Of a stretch of DNA of 64,000 nt, positions 1 to 11,120 are shown piece after piece. Location of the stretch: NCBI GenBank assembly GCA_030390025.1, contig CM059433.1:10604001-10668000 (forward strand). Reading direction: 5' to 3'. Numbering within the stretch: the stretch's first letter is position 1; each line of letters begins with the position of its first letter. Made by a program: the position numbers and the translations under genes. Origin of the DNA: Squalus acanthias (taxonomy: Eukaryota). The notes under the pieces were generated by a model. The model did not search any database. It worked only from the letters and a program-made list of their open reading frames with translations, and was not told the DNA's origin.

Positions 1-757
1 TGGCAGATTAGGGAAAGGGGACGTGCAACGAGACCTGGGCGTCATGGTACATCAGTCACTGAAGGTGGGAATGCAAGTGCAGCAGGCAGTCAAGAAAGCA
101 AACGGAATGATGGCCTTCATAGCAAGGGGATTTGAGTACAGGAGTAGGGAGGTGATGCTACAGTTGTACAGGGCCTTGGTGAGGCCACACCTGGAGTATT
201 GTGCGCAGTTTTGGTCTCCTAACTTAAGGAAGGACATTCTTGCTATTGAGGGAGTGCAGCGAAGGTTCACTAGATTGATTCCTGGGATGGCCGGACTGAC
301 ATATCAAGAAAGATTGGGTCAACTGAACTTGTATCCTCTGGAGTTCAGAAGAATGAGGGGGGATCTTATAGAGACATTTAAAATCCTGACTGGTTTAGAC
401 AAATTAGATGCGGGCAGAATGTTCCCAATGGTAGGGAAAACTAGAACCAGGGGTCACAGTCTAAGGATTAAGGGGAAGCCATTTAGGACTGAGCTGAGGA
501 GGAACTTCTTCACCCAGAGAGTGGTGAATCTATGGAATTCTCTTCCACAGAAGGTTGTTGAGGCCAGTTCGCTAAATATATTCAAAAGGGAGTTAGATAT
601 AACACTCACAACTAAGGGGATCAAGGGGTATGGCGAGAAAGCAGGAATGGGGTACTGAGGTAGCATGTTCAGCCATGAACGCATTGAATGGCGGTGCAGG
701 CTCGAAGGACCGAATGGTCTACTCCTGTACCTATTTTCTATGTTTCTATGTTTCTAT
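1..757 (+). mobile_element. CR1-clade LINE, 3' end (ORF2 C-terminus, 3' UTR, (TTCTATGT)n tail)
   Basis: ORF 23-658 has the CR1 ORF2 motifs [27 protein letters not shown] and FFTQRVVNLWNSLP; ends in ttctatgtttctatgtttctatg. Confidence 0.95.
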
Positions 758-842
758 GAATATAGACAGTAGGGAATGACTGTTTTTAGTGCATTAGCAG
801 TGTTTAAACAGCACAGGAAATATTTTATTAGCAAGGAAATTT

Positions 843-1105
843 GGGCAGAAGTCACTTCCGCCACCTTTGCGCCTTTGAAACGCCGCTCCCGCCAAGAGCC
901 CTCACGCTTTTTGAGCCTACCCGCGAGCTGCCCCTCGAGACCCACTGACCTCATTTGCAGAGGTCAGAGTGAGAGCCAGTGGCGCAGCAGCGGCGAGTTC
1001 CCTGGGTTTGCACTGCGATTGCACTCTGGATAACAGCGTCTGAGACTGACGAGATGCAGCAGCTGCTAAGATCAGCTGATCAAGGTGCAAGTGAGCAACA
1101 TCGCG
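843..1105 (+). mobile_element. Probable left end of a decayed PIF/Harbinger element, interrupted by later insertions
   Basis: GC-rich segment starting GGGCAGAA, resembling other Harbinger-type ends in the window; transposase remnant follows after the nested insertions. Confidence 0.4.
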
Positions 1106-1106
1106 A

Positions 1107-1545
1107 CAAAAGCAAAATACTGCGGATGCTGGAAATCTGAAATAAAAACAGAGAATGCTGGAAACACTCAGCAGGTCAGCCAGCATCTGTGGAGAGAGAA
1201 ACAGAGTTAACGTTTCAGGTCGATGACCCTTCGTCAGAACTGGAAAAAGCTTCGGCCAGTACCATTTACACTTCATCTAGAGCCATCTTTTGTTTCTTAA
1301 CTTGTCCCATTACCATCTCCTTTTGTCTCTTAATCTCTCCTGCCTTCCATCCGATCACAGACCTTCCCTTTTGTTCTTTCCTCCCCTCCCCCCATCCCTG
1401 CCCCTACACTTGCTTAAAAACCTGTTCCATCTCCAACTATTTCTAGTTCTGACGAAGGGTCATCGACCTGAAACGTTAACTCTGTTTCTCTCTCCACAGA
1501 TGCTGCCTGATCTGCTGAGTGTTTCCAGTATTTTCTGTTTTTATT
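1107..1545. mobile_element. Penelope-like fold-back insertion, family A, with hammerhead cores in both arms
   Basis: About 105-bp inverted arms at 1141-1245 and 1441-1545; ~33-nt unpaired tail at 1107-1140; CTGACGA-agggtcatcgacct-GAAA-CGTT at 1449-1477. Confidence 0.85.
1445..1481 (+). ncRNA. Minimal type I hammerhead ribozyme motif, family A
   Basis: Stem I agtt/aact, CUGACGA box, stem II ggtc/gacc, GAAA, palindromic ACGU stem III, GUU site. Mirror copy on the minus strand at about 1205-1241. Confidence 0.7.
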
Positions 1546-1548
1546 ATA

Positions 1549-2944
1549 GGAACATAGTTTGTGAGACCGGTAAGCCTGACATCGGTAGTGGGGGAAATGC
1601 TAGAGTCCATTATAAAGGATGTAACAGCTGAGCACTTGAAAAACAGTGACAGGATCGGACAAAGTCAACATGGATTTACAAAAGGTAAATCGTGCTTGAC
1701 TAATCTACTGGAATTTTTTGAGGATGTAACTGGGAAAATAGATAAGGGAGAACCAGTAGATGTGGTGTATTTGGACTTTCAAAAGGCTGTCGATAAGGTC
1801 CCGCATAAGAGATTAGTGTGTAAAGTTAAGGCACATGGGATTGGGGGCAAGGTATTGACTTGGATAGAGAACTGGTTGGCGGACAGAAAGCAGAGAGTAG
1901 GAATTAATGGGTCTTTTTCCGAGTGGCAGGCAGTGACTAGTGGGGTACCGCAGGGATCGGTCCTTGGACCCCAGCTATTCACAATATGCATTAATGATCT
2001 AGATAAGGGAACTAAATGTAATATCTCCAAGTTTGCAGATGACACAAAGCTGGGTGGGCATGTATGCTGCGAGGAGGATACCGAGAAACTCCAGGATGAT
2101 TTGGACAGGTTGGGTGAGTGGGCAGAAGCGTGGCAGATGCAATATAACGTGTATAAATGCGAGTTTATCCACTTTGGTGTCAAAAACAGAAAGGCAGACT
2201 ATTATCTGAATGGCAATAGATTGGGAGAAGGGGAAGTGTAACGAGACCTGGGTGTCCTTGTGCACCAGTCGCTGAAAGTAACCATGCAGGTGCAGCAGGC
2301 GGTGAAGAAGGCAAATGGTATGTCGACCTTCATAGCGAAAGGGATTGAGTATAGGAACAGGGATGTCCTGCTGCAGTTGTACAGGGCCTTGGTGAGACCA
2401 CACCTTGAGTACTGTGTGCAGTTTTGGTCGCCTTATCTGAGGAAGGATGTTCTTGCCATGGAAGGAGTTCAGCGAAGATTCACAAGGCTGATACCTGGGA
2501 TGGCAGGAATGACATATGAGGAGAGATTGGGTCGATTGGGCTTATACTTGCTGGAGTGTAGAAGAAACATATAAAATTCTGACAGGTCTGGACAAACTAG
2601 ATGCAGGAAGAATGTTCCCGATGGTCGGAGAGTCCAGAACCAGGGGTCATAATCTAAAAATAGGGGGTAAGCCATTTAGGACTGAAATGAGGAAGAATTT
2701 CTTCACCCAGAGAGTGGTGAACCTGTGAAATTCTCTACCACAGAAGGTAGTTGAGGCCAAGTCATTAAATATATTCAAGAATGAGTTAGATATATTTCTT
2801 AAAGCTAAAGGTATCAAGGGATATGGGGAGAAGGCAGGTACAGGGTACTGAGTTTGGATGATCAGCCATGATCTCATCGAATGGCAGAGCAGTCTCGAGG
2901 GGCCGAATGGCCTACTCCTGCTCCTATCTTCTATGTTTCTATGT
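1549..2944 (+). mobile_element. CR1 LINE, 5'-truncated (RT domain to 3' tail), inactivated
   Basis: RT motifs QHGF, YLDFQKA, GVPQGSVLGP and FADDTK; premature stop at 2239-2241; small deletion near 2566; ttctatgtttctatg tail. Confidence 0.95.
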
Positions 2945-3189
2945 GAGCTTGAAGAGTCTGGAAACTTTCTGGAGTGATTTCTGCCGTTGGAAACTTTTTG
3001 AACCTGTTTTTTTTTTGTTGCATTCCTCTCTAAAAAGACCTGCACTCGATTCTGACTGCCTCTCGCCAGGTCAGTCCACCAGAAGATTTTCACTCCGCCC
3101 CCCTCCTCCACAGGCTGGACATCTCAACAGCAAGTATGTTTTTTCCTAATGGCAAGTATATCATTATCCTGGAGGAGGAAGAGGAGTAG

Positions 3190-4160
3190 AACAGAATGGA
3201 GCTAAGGAGAGTCAGGCACAATGCAAGAAGGGTGCAGCCCACTAGCTATTACCCTCCAATAGAGAGTATACAGGCAGTGCAGTTCATACCAGGACCTCTC
3301 TGAGGAACTATGCATAAGAAGACTGCGCTTTGCCAAAGAGGCAATAAGGCATCCCTGTGACCTGCTGCATGATGACCTGCAGGTAACTCATCTGCCCACA
3401 CTGCTCTCTCAGTGGCTATGACGGTGGCCACCGCCCTCAGCTTTTACAGCACACGATCATTTCAGGCAGCCAAGGTGGACCTCTGCAACATCAGCCAGCA
3501 AGGAGTGCGGACATGGACCTGTCATAAATGTCAATCCCATAAACTTTGGCATCACAATCAGGCAGCATAGCGATAGGGCGGTACATTTTTATGGAGTTGC
3601 TGGCTTCTCTAGAGTCCAGGGTGAAATTGATGCCGCCCATATTGAAGGTGCCCACAGAACACTGCTACCTCAACAGGAAGCGATTCCACTCCTTCAATGT
3701 CCCTCAGTGTGTGACAGCAATCAGAGGACCCTCCACGTCAATGCCCGATATGCAGGAAGTTGGCAGGATGCCTTCACCTTCGTCCCTCCCTGACACCTTC
3801 GGGAAATAAAATCAGACCCACGGATGGCTTCTGGGTGAAAAAGCATACCCTCTCCTCCCAATGTGAATGCCCCCATCAGTGTGCCCCAAATAGCAGCAGA
3901 GGAATACTTTCATTGGGCACATGCAACTACCAGGCTGATAATCGTGAGGGCCATCGTGGTGTTGAAAGCAAGCTTTTGCTACTTAGACACGTCGGGAGGG
4001 GCTATGCAGTATGCTCCAGAGCAGGTGTCCAGAGTAGTGCCCTTTACAGCTTTGCTATTCAAGAAGGGCTCCACTGTGACATGGCTGAGGAGGTGGCCCC
4101 GGCTCCAGATGACGTCGAGAAGACCATCAGGATGACCTACATTCAGAGGAGTCCTCACTG
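3190..4160 (+). pseudogene. Degenerate PIF/Harbinger (HARBI1-like) DDE transposase
   Basis: Frameshifted fragments YLNRKRFHSFNV (cf. NRKGFHSLNV) and HATTRLIIVRAIVVLKASFCYLDTSGGAMQYAPEQVSRVV (cf. H..TR..IE..IG.LK.RFRCLD.SGG.LQY.P). Confidence 0.85.
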
Positions 4161-4239
4161 ACGGCTGCAAGGAGTATCCGAGGACGGATCCTTTCGCAAG
4201 TCTTCCTCTGTTTAACATAATCTACCTTTTACTGCTTCG

Positions 4240-4820
4240 GTCTGAATGAACACAAAAGCTGAATTTCTGAGGTGAGGTGAGAGTGACTGCCCTTGATGTT
4301 AAGGTAGCATTCAACCGAGACTGGCACCAAGTAGCCCTACTAAAACTGAAGTCAATGGGGATTGGGGGGAAAACTCTCCACTGGCTGGAGTCATACCTGG
4401 CACAAAGGAAGATGGTTGTGGTTGTTGGAGACCAATCATTTCAGCCCCAGGACATCGCTGCAGGAGTTCCTCAGGGCAGCATCCTAGGCTCAACTACCTT
4501 CAGCTGCTTCATCAATGACCTTCCCTCCATCCTAAGGTCAAAAGTGGAAATGTTCGCTGATGAATGCGCAGTGTTCAGCTTCATTCACAATTCCTCAAAT
4601 AATGCAGTAGTCCATGTTAGCATACAGCAAGATCGGGACAACACCCTGGCTTGGGCTGATAAGTAGCAAGTAACATTCACACCATACAAGTGCCGTGCAA
4701 TGACCATCTCCAACAAGAGAGATGGCATAACCACCTCCCCTTGATATTCAATGGAATCATCTTCACTGAATCCCCACCCTCAACATTCTGGAGATCATAA
4801 TTGATCAGAAACTCAACTGG
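4240..4820 (+). mobile_element. CR1/L2-group LINE RT fragment, second family
   Basis: ORF 4277-4666: ALDVKVAF...WLESYL..RK...GVPQGSILG...FINDL...MFADE. Confidence 0.9.
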
Positions 4821-5088
4821 AGGTCCAGGGGATTTGTCGGCTTTCAGTCCCATTAGTTTCTCTAGTACTTTTTCTCTACTTATATTAATTACATTAAGTT
4901 CCTCACCCTCAATAGACCCTTGGTTCCCCACCATTTTTGGTATGCTTTTTGTGTCTTCTACTGTGAAGACAGAGACAAAATATTTGTTTAACGTTTCTGC
5001 CATTTCCTTATTCCCCATAATAATTTCTCCTGTCTCAGCCTCTAAGGGACCAATGTTTACTTTTGCTACACTTTTCCTTTTTACATAT
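4821..5088 (-). mobile_element. CR1 ORF2 internal fragment
   Basis: EMAETLNKYFVSVFT...LKADKSPGP in minus ORF 4677-5018. Confidence 0.9.
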
Positions 5089-5384
5089 CCCAGAACAGGA
5101 CAGTCCTATGAGAGGCCTGCAGCAGCATTAATGGCCACTGTACAAAATAGCAAGCGGAAGTCATCCAATGCCGATCTCCAACCCTGGACGAAAAATGGGA
5201 CTTATCTTGGATCTTGGGTTCTTTGCTGCCCATCTCTCTCCGATCCACTGATCAGAGAGGGGCTGAGTGCAGGGTTTAAGGCCCACTTCCTCTCTGCACG
5301 CCTCAGGCCCTGTTCCAGTGTTAGGGGCAGGAAGATGAGGTGGGGGTGCCAGGAATGCCTCCTTAGATGGCTGCACTTTGCCTG

Positions 5385-6075
5385 TGCCTGTTGTAGGCAG
5401 GGAAACTCTACTCCCCCTGACAATGTAAAGGGGACAGAAATTCAGTGTCACCAATCTCCACTCCCTTTTCCTCTCCTTTAAGACTGGGAACTGAGCAATT
5501 CCCATAGCACATTAAAGAAAGATTGCATTTATATAGCACCTTTCACAACCTCAGGAACCAAAGTACCCCAGCGGCAGCTCCTCCAACAGTGCAGCACTCT
5601 GTACGGCATTGAAGCGTCTGCCTAGATTCTGTGGTCAAGTCTCTGGAGTGGGACTTGAACACACAACCTTCTGACTCAGGTGATAGCACGGCCACTGAGT
5701 CACAGCTAACACCGTATTAGATAGGGAAATCAGTCCTGATATATCACAATTCAAGATCGGATGTATTACAATATGGCAATAAGAATCTTCCAATTTTTGT
5801 TTTGTTGTTGCTCTTACTTGGCCCCTGAGGGATAGCAGGCTATTTGCCCACACTTATCTGCATTAAACTGTTGTGGATGTTAAGCACTTGGCTGGCAGGA
5901 CGTGCTGGATGTGCGCCATCCTGGATCCTCAAAGCCTTTTACGGAGTGCACTTGCCTGTTGTAGGCAGGGGAACTCTACTCCCCCTGACAATGTAAAGGG
6001 GACAGAAATTCAGTGTCACCAATCTCCACTCCCTTTTCCTCTCCTTTAAGACTGGGAACTGAGCATTCCCATAGC
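5385..6075. repeat. Local ~124-bp direct duplication (5385-5508 and 5953-6075)
   Basis: tgcctgttgtaggcagg...gagc(a)attcccatagc occurs twice with only about 2 differences. Confidence 0.9.
5514..5712 (-). mobile_element. Internally deleted Deu-domain SINE (SacSINE1/AmnSINE1-like)
   Basis: Reverse complement of the SINE 3' end (gcatttatatagcacctttcacaacctcagg) joined to the tRNA-like head (gagtgggacttgaac). Confidence 0.75.
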
Positions 6076-6144
6076 TAATTAAAAAAATTGAGACAAATTG
6101 CAGGGCTTGGGGACCAACTAGCTACGCTGTGTACTGTACGTCAA

Positions 6145-6443
6145 AAAGAAAGAACGAAAAACTTACATTTATATAGCGCCTTTCACAACCTCAGGACATC
6201 CCAAAGCACTTTACAGTCAATGAAGTACTTTTGAAGTTTAGCCACTGTTGTAATGTGGGAAACGCGGCAGCCAATTTGCGCACAGCAAGCTCCCACAAAC
6301 AGCAACGTGATAGTGACCAGATAATCTGTTTTTGTTATGTTGATTGAGGGATAAATATTGGCCCCAGGACACCGGGGATAACTCCCCCTGCTCTTCTTCG
6401 AAATAGTGCCATGGGATCTTTTATGTCCACCTGAGAGGGCAGA
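6145..6443 (-). mobile_element. Deu-domain SINE, 3' half, cut by an LTR-like sequence
   Basis: Matches the reverse complement of the full SINE copy at 63358-63830. Confidence 0.9.
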
Positions 6444-7342
6444 CGTAAGGGGGAAAGGTATCTGGGAAAGACTTTCCATGGGGTTGTCACTGTAGGACGT
6501 GCGGAATTACCCCTTGCGCTGTCCAACAGGTCCTAGAGTTCAGACTTGAGACTTATGAGAAATTATACCAGACACACGAGTTCTGCCTTTAACCTTTTAT
6601 TGTTCCTGAAACAGATTGAAAACCCCAACCACTATTTGAGCAGTTCACCAATAATATCACAAGAAATCATACATACAACCACCCGCCGATGATCAGTCCA
6701 GCGTTGATTGTAGGCCACGTCCTTTCGACTGCAGCTCTTTGCCTTTCGACTACAGCTCTTCGAGTTGAGATGATCAACCAGGCCCCTCCTTCCGACTGCG
6801 GTGCCAGTATTTTTCATCACTGGTTTTTATACAGTTTTCCTGGTTTTTTCCAGCAAATCAATCATTCAGAGATGGTGAGATGTTCCTTTAATGTTCGACC
6901 TGAGTTGTTTGAGCTGTCAAACGTTCACACTCACACATCCTGTGTGGCTATCCATTAGTTGCCTTTATCAAAGCCCCAAATTGTTCATTCACTCATAAAG
7001 TTTACAAAAGTGGCAGAAAACCACGTCGTATGCTGCATTTCAAAACTTCAAAGGTTTGACTCCTCCCCTTTAGCCACCAAAAATCATTCTACAATCTTGT
7101 AGCCTATTTTGTTGTAAACACAATGTCTGCAAATCTAAGATGGTTTGTTTATCTCTGTTGTCTATGACAACCCCCTGCAGTCACAACCATGTTTGCTGCC
7201 TTTTAGTAAAGCACATTCCATGTCCACTTATCAGTGAAAGACCATCTGTTACAACTTTATTTCACTTCAAAAAACCTTTTGGCCTGGCAAAGCATTTTAA
7301 TATATACCAAAATTAAAAATTAAGGGTCTATGTATGCCTACA
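6444..7342 (-). mobile_element. Solo-LTR-like element, ~0.9 kb
   Basis: Minus strand starts TGTAGGC and ends CCCCTTACG (canonical CA altered); TATAAAAA at 6831-6824 and AATAAA at 6601-6596 in U3-R-U5 order; termini resemble those of 28957-30798. Confidence 0.6.
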
Positions 7343-8236
7343 TCACCACCGAGTTAGAAGGGACAGTGTAACAAACAGTAAGACATGGACAGAGGCCACT
7401 AGAGCAGAAACAGAGTTGTCCAACAGATTTTCAGCATGAGAGATGGGCAAGGATAGAACTCCAGGGGATGGTAAGCATGAGGAGATCCATGGCACAGGGC
7501 AGGAAGCAGTTCATCAAGGGGAACAGGAACAGAGAAGAGTAAAAGTTCCAAACATTGTAGTTATAAGGGACATCACAGTAAAAGGGATTGTTAGAATCTT
7601 CCACAAGCACCAGGAGTTCCATATGGTGTGTTGCTTCCCAAGTGGCAGGGTTCAGGACTTGACTGAGCAGATGGATAAGATCCTGTGACTGGAAGGGAAT
7701 GAAGCAGAGTTGGTGATTCAAGTGGGAATCAACAACATAGGTAGATGTAGAATGGATGTCCTACAAAGGAAATTGCAGGACCTAGGGAAGAGACTGAAGA
7801 AAAGAATTTCCATGGGAGTAGGACTATTCCCTATGCCATGCATTGAATCTGTTAGAGAGAGGTGGGTTAGACAGGCCATGTTATAGGAGGAGGACGTTCA
7901 AATTCTTAGCCCACTGGGACAACTTCAGGGGAAGGGACACTCTGCAGCTGGGATGGCCTTTACCTAAACCAAGGAGGCACATTCCTCTTACCTATTTGGA
8001 TAAATGAAACAGTTGGGGCAGATTTAAACTAGGGAAGCAGGAAGAGGGGACAACAATGTGAGCTAATTATTACGAAGTGGTCTTGTGAATGCAGCAAGGA
8101 GGACAAGAATAATCTAAGATGTATTTGCACGAATGCCAAGTGCATCAGCAATAAAATGGGTGAATTAGAACCGATGGTAAATATTGAGTGCTCAGATATC
8201 GTAAAGGTTATTGATACCTGGTTAAAGAAAGAGGAT
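7343..8236 (+). mobile_element. Old CR1 5' portion (ORF1 SGNH-esterase and start of ORF2 endonuclease)
   Basis: VVIRDITVKG...MVCCFPSGRVQD (cf. VVIGDS...CCLPGA) and CICTNAKCISNKMGELE...VIDTWL, with stops. Confidence 0.85.
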
Positions 8237-9936
8237 GGGGTCAATTTTGGATGGCCTCTCCTGGCATTAACGGGACGGTAACGGCCTCAAACTAGGGTCG
8301 GTAGCCTATCGCCCCATTAACACCAGCGGAGTGGCTGACACCATTTTAAAAGAGGCCTATCGACGGGTGTCCAAAGCGCACGCCTAATTCAGTAAATGAG
8401 TCCATTTAATATGGAAATTGGTGTGCGCAGAGCTCTGTGCAATGTTGGAAGCGGACTCGTCCACACTCCTTACCATTGCCGAGAGGCTCTCGGGCACCCT
8501 TGCCATTGCACCTATCATCTCCGTGTGCATGCCCATCACCCTTCTTCTAAAGGCCTCCCCATCGAGGTCCTCATCTGAGTCCTGTGCGGCAGAACTCGCA
8601 CGCGAACTCGCCCTCCAGTGAGCTGTCTCCTGAGCTACCCTTTCTCTCCTGGCCTGGCTGCAGCCCGCTCATCCCCGGTGCCTCACCCTGTGCAGATCCC
8701 GCTACTATACTAGCCTCTCAAGAAGGCGTAGTGCCAGTATCTGAGCTGGTGCCTGCGAGTGAGACATGCAGTGACGCGGTGTGTTCTTTGTCTTCTTCTT
8801 CTCCCGCCTCGCTCTCTACGGTGCCCTCAGGGACAGGCTGCCCAGCTGTTTGCTCATTATCTGAAAGCAGAAAGGCACAAGAGTTGGGTTAAGGTGAGGG
8901 GAGGGGGCAGGAAGGGAGAAAGGCATGGAGACAGCATGATTGGTGGAAAGTGGGAAAGGCTTGTGGGGTGAAGGGGAAGTGGGATGTGAGAAGAAGGAGT
9001 AGGGATGAACATACCGTTGTTGTCCCCAAGGACAGCACTCTTTCCTCCAGCTCAGACAGTGGTTGGGTGTCAGGTTGTCCCCTGCCTGTGCATTCCTGCT
9101 CCCTCGTGTTGTGAGCGACCTTGGCCTGCAAGAGAGAGGAAAGTGTGTGAGTGAGTGTGGAGTAATGTGTTTGGGAGATGGGCCTGCCATTGTTGAATAG
9201 CAGTCATTGTATGCAAGGTGTGAGATGTGGGTGTGAGTGTTGGCAGATAAAGATTGTTGGTGGGTGAGTGCTGGGGGTGTGGTGCAGACTGAGGTTCAGA
9301 TGGTGGTGTGTAGCATTTGTTGAAGCATTGGCTCACCCTGACCACCCGAGTGAGGTCGTTAAATTTCTTCCTGCACTGTGTGTGGGTCCTGGGGACCACA
9401 GTGCTGCCCGAGACCTGCTGGGATACCTCCCTCCACATGGTGCGGAAGACTTGTGGCGAGGGCCTCCTGCCACTTGCCGGGTAGAGCACCGCCCTCCATC
9501 TCTCCACAGCGAAGACCAAGGCCTCCAATGCTTGGTCACAGAATCTGCGAGCTCTCACCCTGGGCCGTTAATCTGCCATAATGACACCTCCTTCAGTGGT
9601 CCGGTTCTTTCTCCTTGGCCTTCTGCTGCTTGCTGAGACTGCCGCAGAACCAGCAATGCTGAGAATGAGGTTCTGCAGCATGATTGAACCTCCCCTTTAA
9701 GAACCGGAAAGAGCCTGTGGCAATGATGACTAGCGATTAGACTGCACCTGAAATTGCTTAGCGCTTTGTCTAACGCCACTGAGCTAGGTCATCAGTGCTT
9801 GATTTAGCGTTCCCATCCTTTCTTTGAGCAATGACCCTGAATTTTGGGTGCAGCAAGATTCATTAACACCTGGCGCTAAATCTCAAACTTTTCTGAAGTT
9901 AGCGCCCATTCCTGGGCGAGAATGAATTTCGCCCCC
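8237..9936 (-). mobile_element. Non-autonomous PIF/Harbinger element carrying the Myb/SANT gene
   Basis: Imperfect termini GGGGTCAATTT / AATTTCGCCCCC around a spliced Myb/SANT-like gene. Confidence 0.75.
8410..9579 (-). pseudogene. Spliced Myb/SANT-like (NAIF1-type) Harbinger DNA-binding protein gene, disabled
   Basis: Exon 1 9579-9337 (RARRFCDQALEALV...WREVSQQV...RTHTQCRKKFNDL, GTGAG donor); exon 2 9125-9015 (AKVAHNTREQECTGRG...LSELEERVL, GTATGT donor); exon 3 from 8860 (acidic, GTSSDT). TAA at codon 4. Confidence 0.85.
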
Positions 9937-10612
9937 GTAGAATCATAGAAATTCAGGGCACAGAAGAAGGCCATTCGGCCCATCGTGTCTGTGCCGGCCG
10001 AAAAAGAGCTCTCCAGACTAATCCCACTGTCCAGCACTTGGTCCGTAGCCCTGTAGGTTATGGCACTTCATGTCCATATCCAAGTACTTTTTAAATGTGA
10101 TGAGGGTCTCTGCCTCTACCACCCTTTTGGGCAGTGAGTTCCAGACCCCCCAACCACCCCCTGGGTGAAAAAAGTTCTCCTCAACTCCTCCCTACTCCCT
10201 CTACCAATTACTTTAAATCTATGCCCCCTGGTTATTGACCTCTCTGCTAAGGGAAATAGGTCCTTCCTATCCACTCTATCTAGGCCCCTCATAATTTTGT
10301 GCACCTCAATTAAATCTCCCCTCAACCTCCTCTGTTCCAAAGTAGACAGCCCCAGCCTATTCAATCTTTCCTCATAGCTAAAATTCTCCAGTCCTGGCAA
10401 CAGCCTCGTAAATCTCCTCTGCATCCTCTCCAGTGCAATCACATCTTTCCTGTAATGTGGCGACCAGAACTGCACGCAGTACTCTAGCTGTGGCCTAACT
10501 TGTGTTTTATACAGTTCAAGCACAACCTCCCTGCTCTTATATTCTATGCCTTGGCTAATAAAGGAAACTAGCCTTTATGCCTTCTTAACCACCTTATCTA
10601 CCTGTCCTGTTA

Positions 10613-11120
10613 CAAAAATGAGAAGTCGCACAACACCAGGTTATAGTCCAACAGTTTTATTTGAAATCACGAGCTTTCAGAGCGCTGCTCCTTCGTCAGG
10701 TAAACTGAAGGAATACAAATCAGATACAAAGCATATATAGACAGAGAACAATGTGTTTCTGACTGCCCTCCATCACACCACCTCGGCAGAGATACAATCA
10801 GTCAAGAAGGCATTACATCAAAGACACAGCAAAATACAGCTAAGACCTCATTGTCTTAGCTGTATTTTGCTGTGTCTTTGATGTAATGCCTTCCTGACTG
10901 ATTGTATCTCTGCCGAGGTGGTGTGATGGAGGGCAGTCAGAAACACATTGTTCTCTGTCTATATATGCTTTGTATCTGATTTGTATTCCCTCACTTTACC
11001 TGACGAAGGAGCAGCGCTCCGAAAGCTCGTGATTTCAAATAAAACTGTTGGACTATAACCTGGTGTTGTGCGACTTCTCATTTTTGTCCACCCCAGTCCA
11101 ACACCGGCATCTCCGCATCA
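10613..11120. mobile_element. Penelope-like fold-back insertion, family B (235-bp arms, 6-nt loop, 11-bp TSD)
   Basis: Arms 10612-10846 and 10853-11087; loop ctcatt; tail 11088-11120; tgtcctgttac duplicated at 10603-10613 and 11121-11131. Confidence 0.9.
10996..11032 (+). ncRNA. Minimal type I hammerhead ribozyme motif, family B
   Basis: ttac-CTGACGA-a-ggagc-agc-gctcc-GAAA-GCTC-gtga: stem II ggagc/gctcc, palindromic AGCU stem III, CUC site. Confidence 0.75.
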
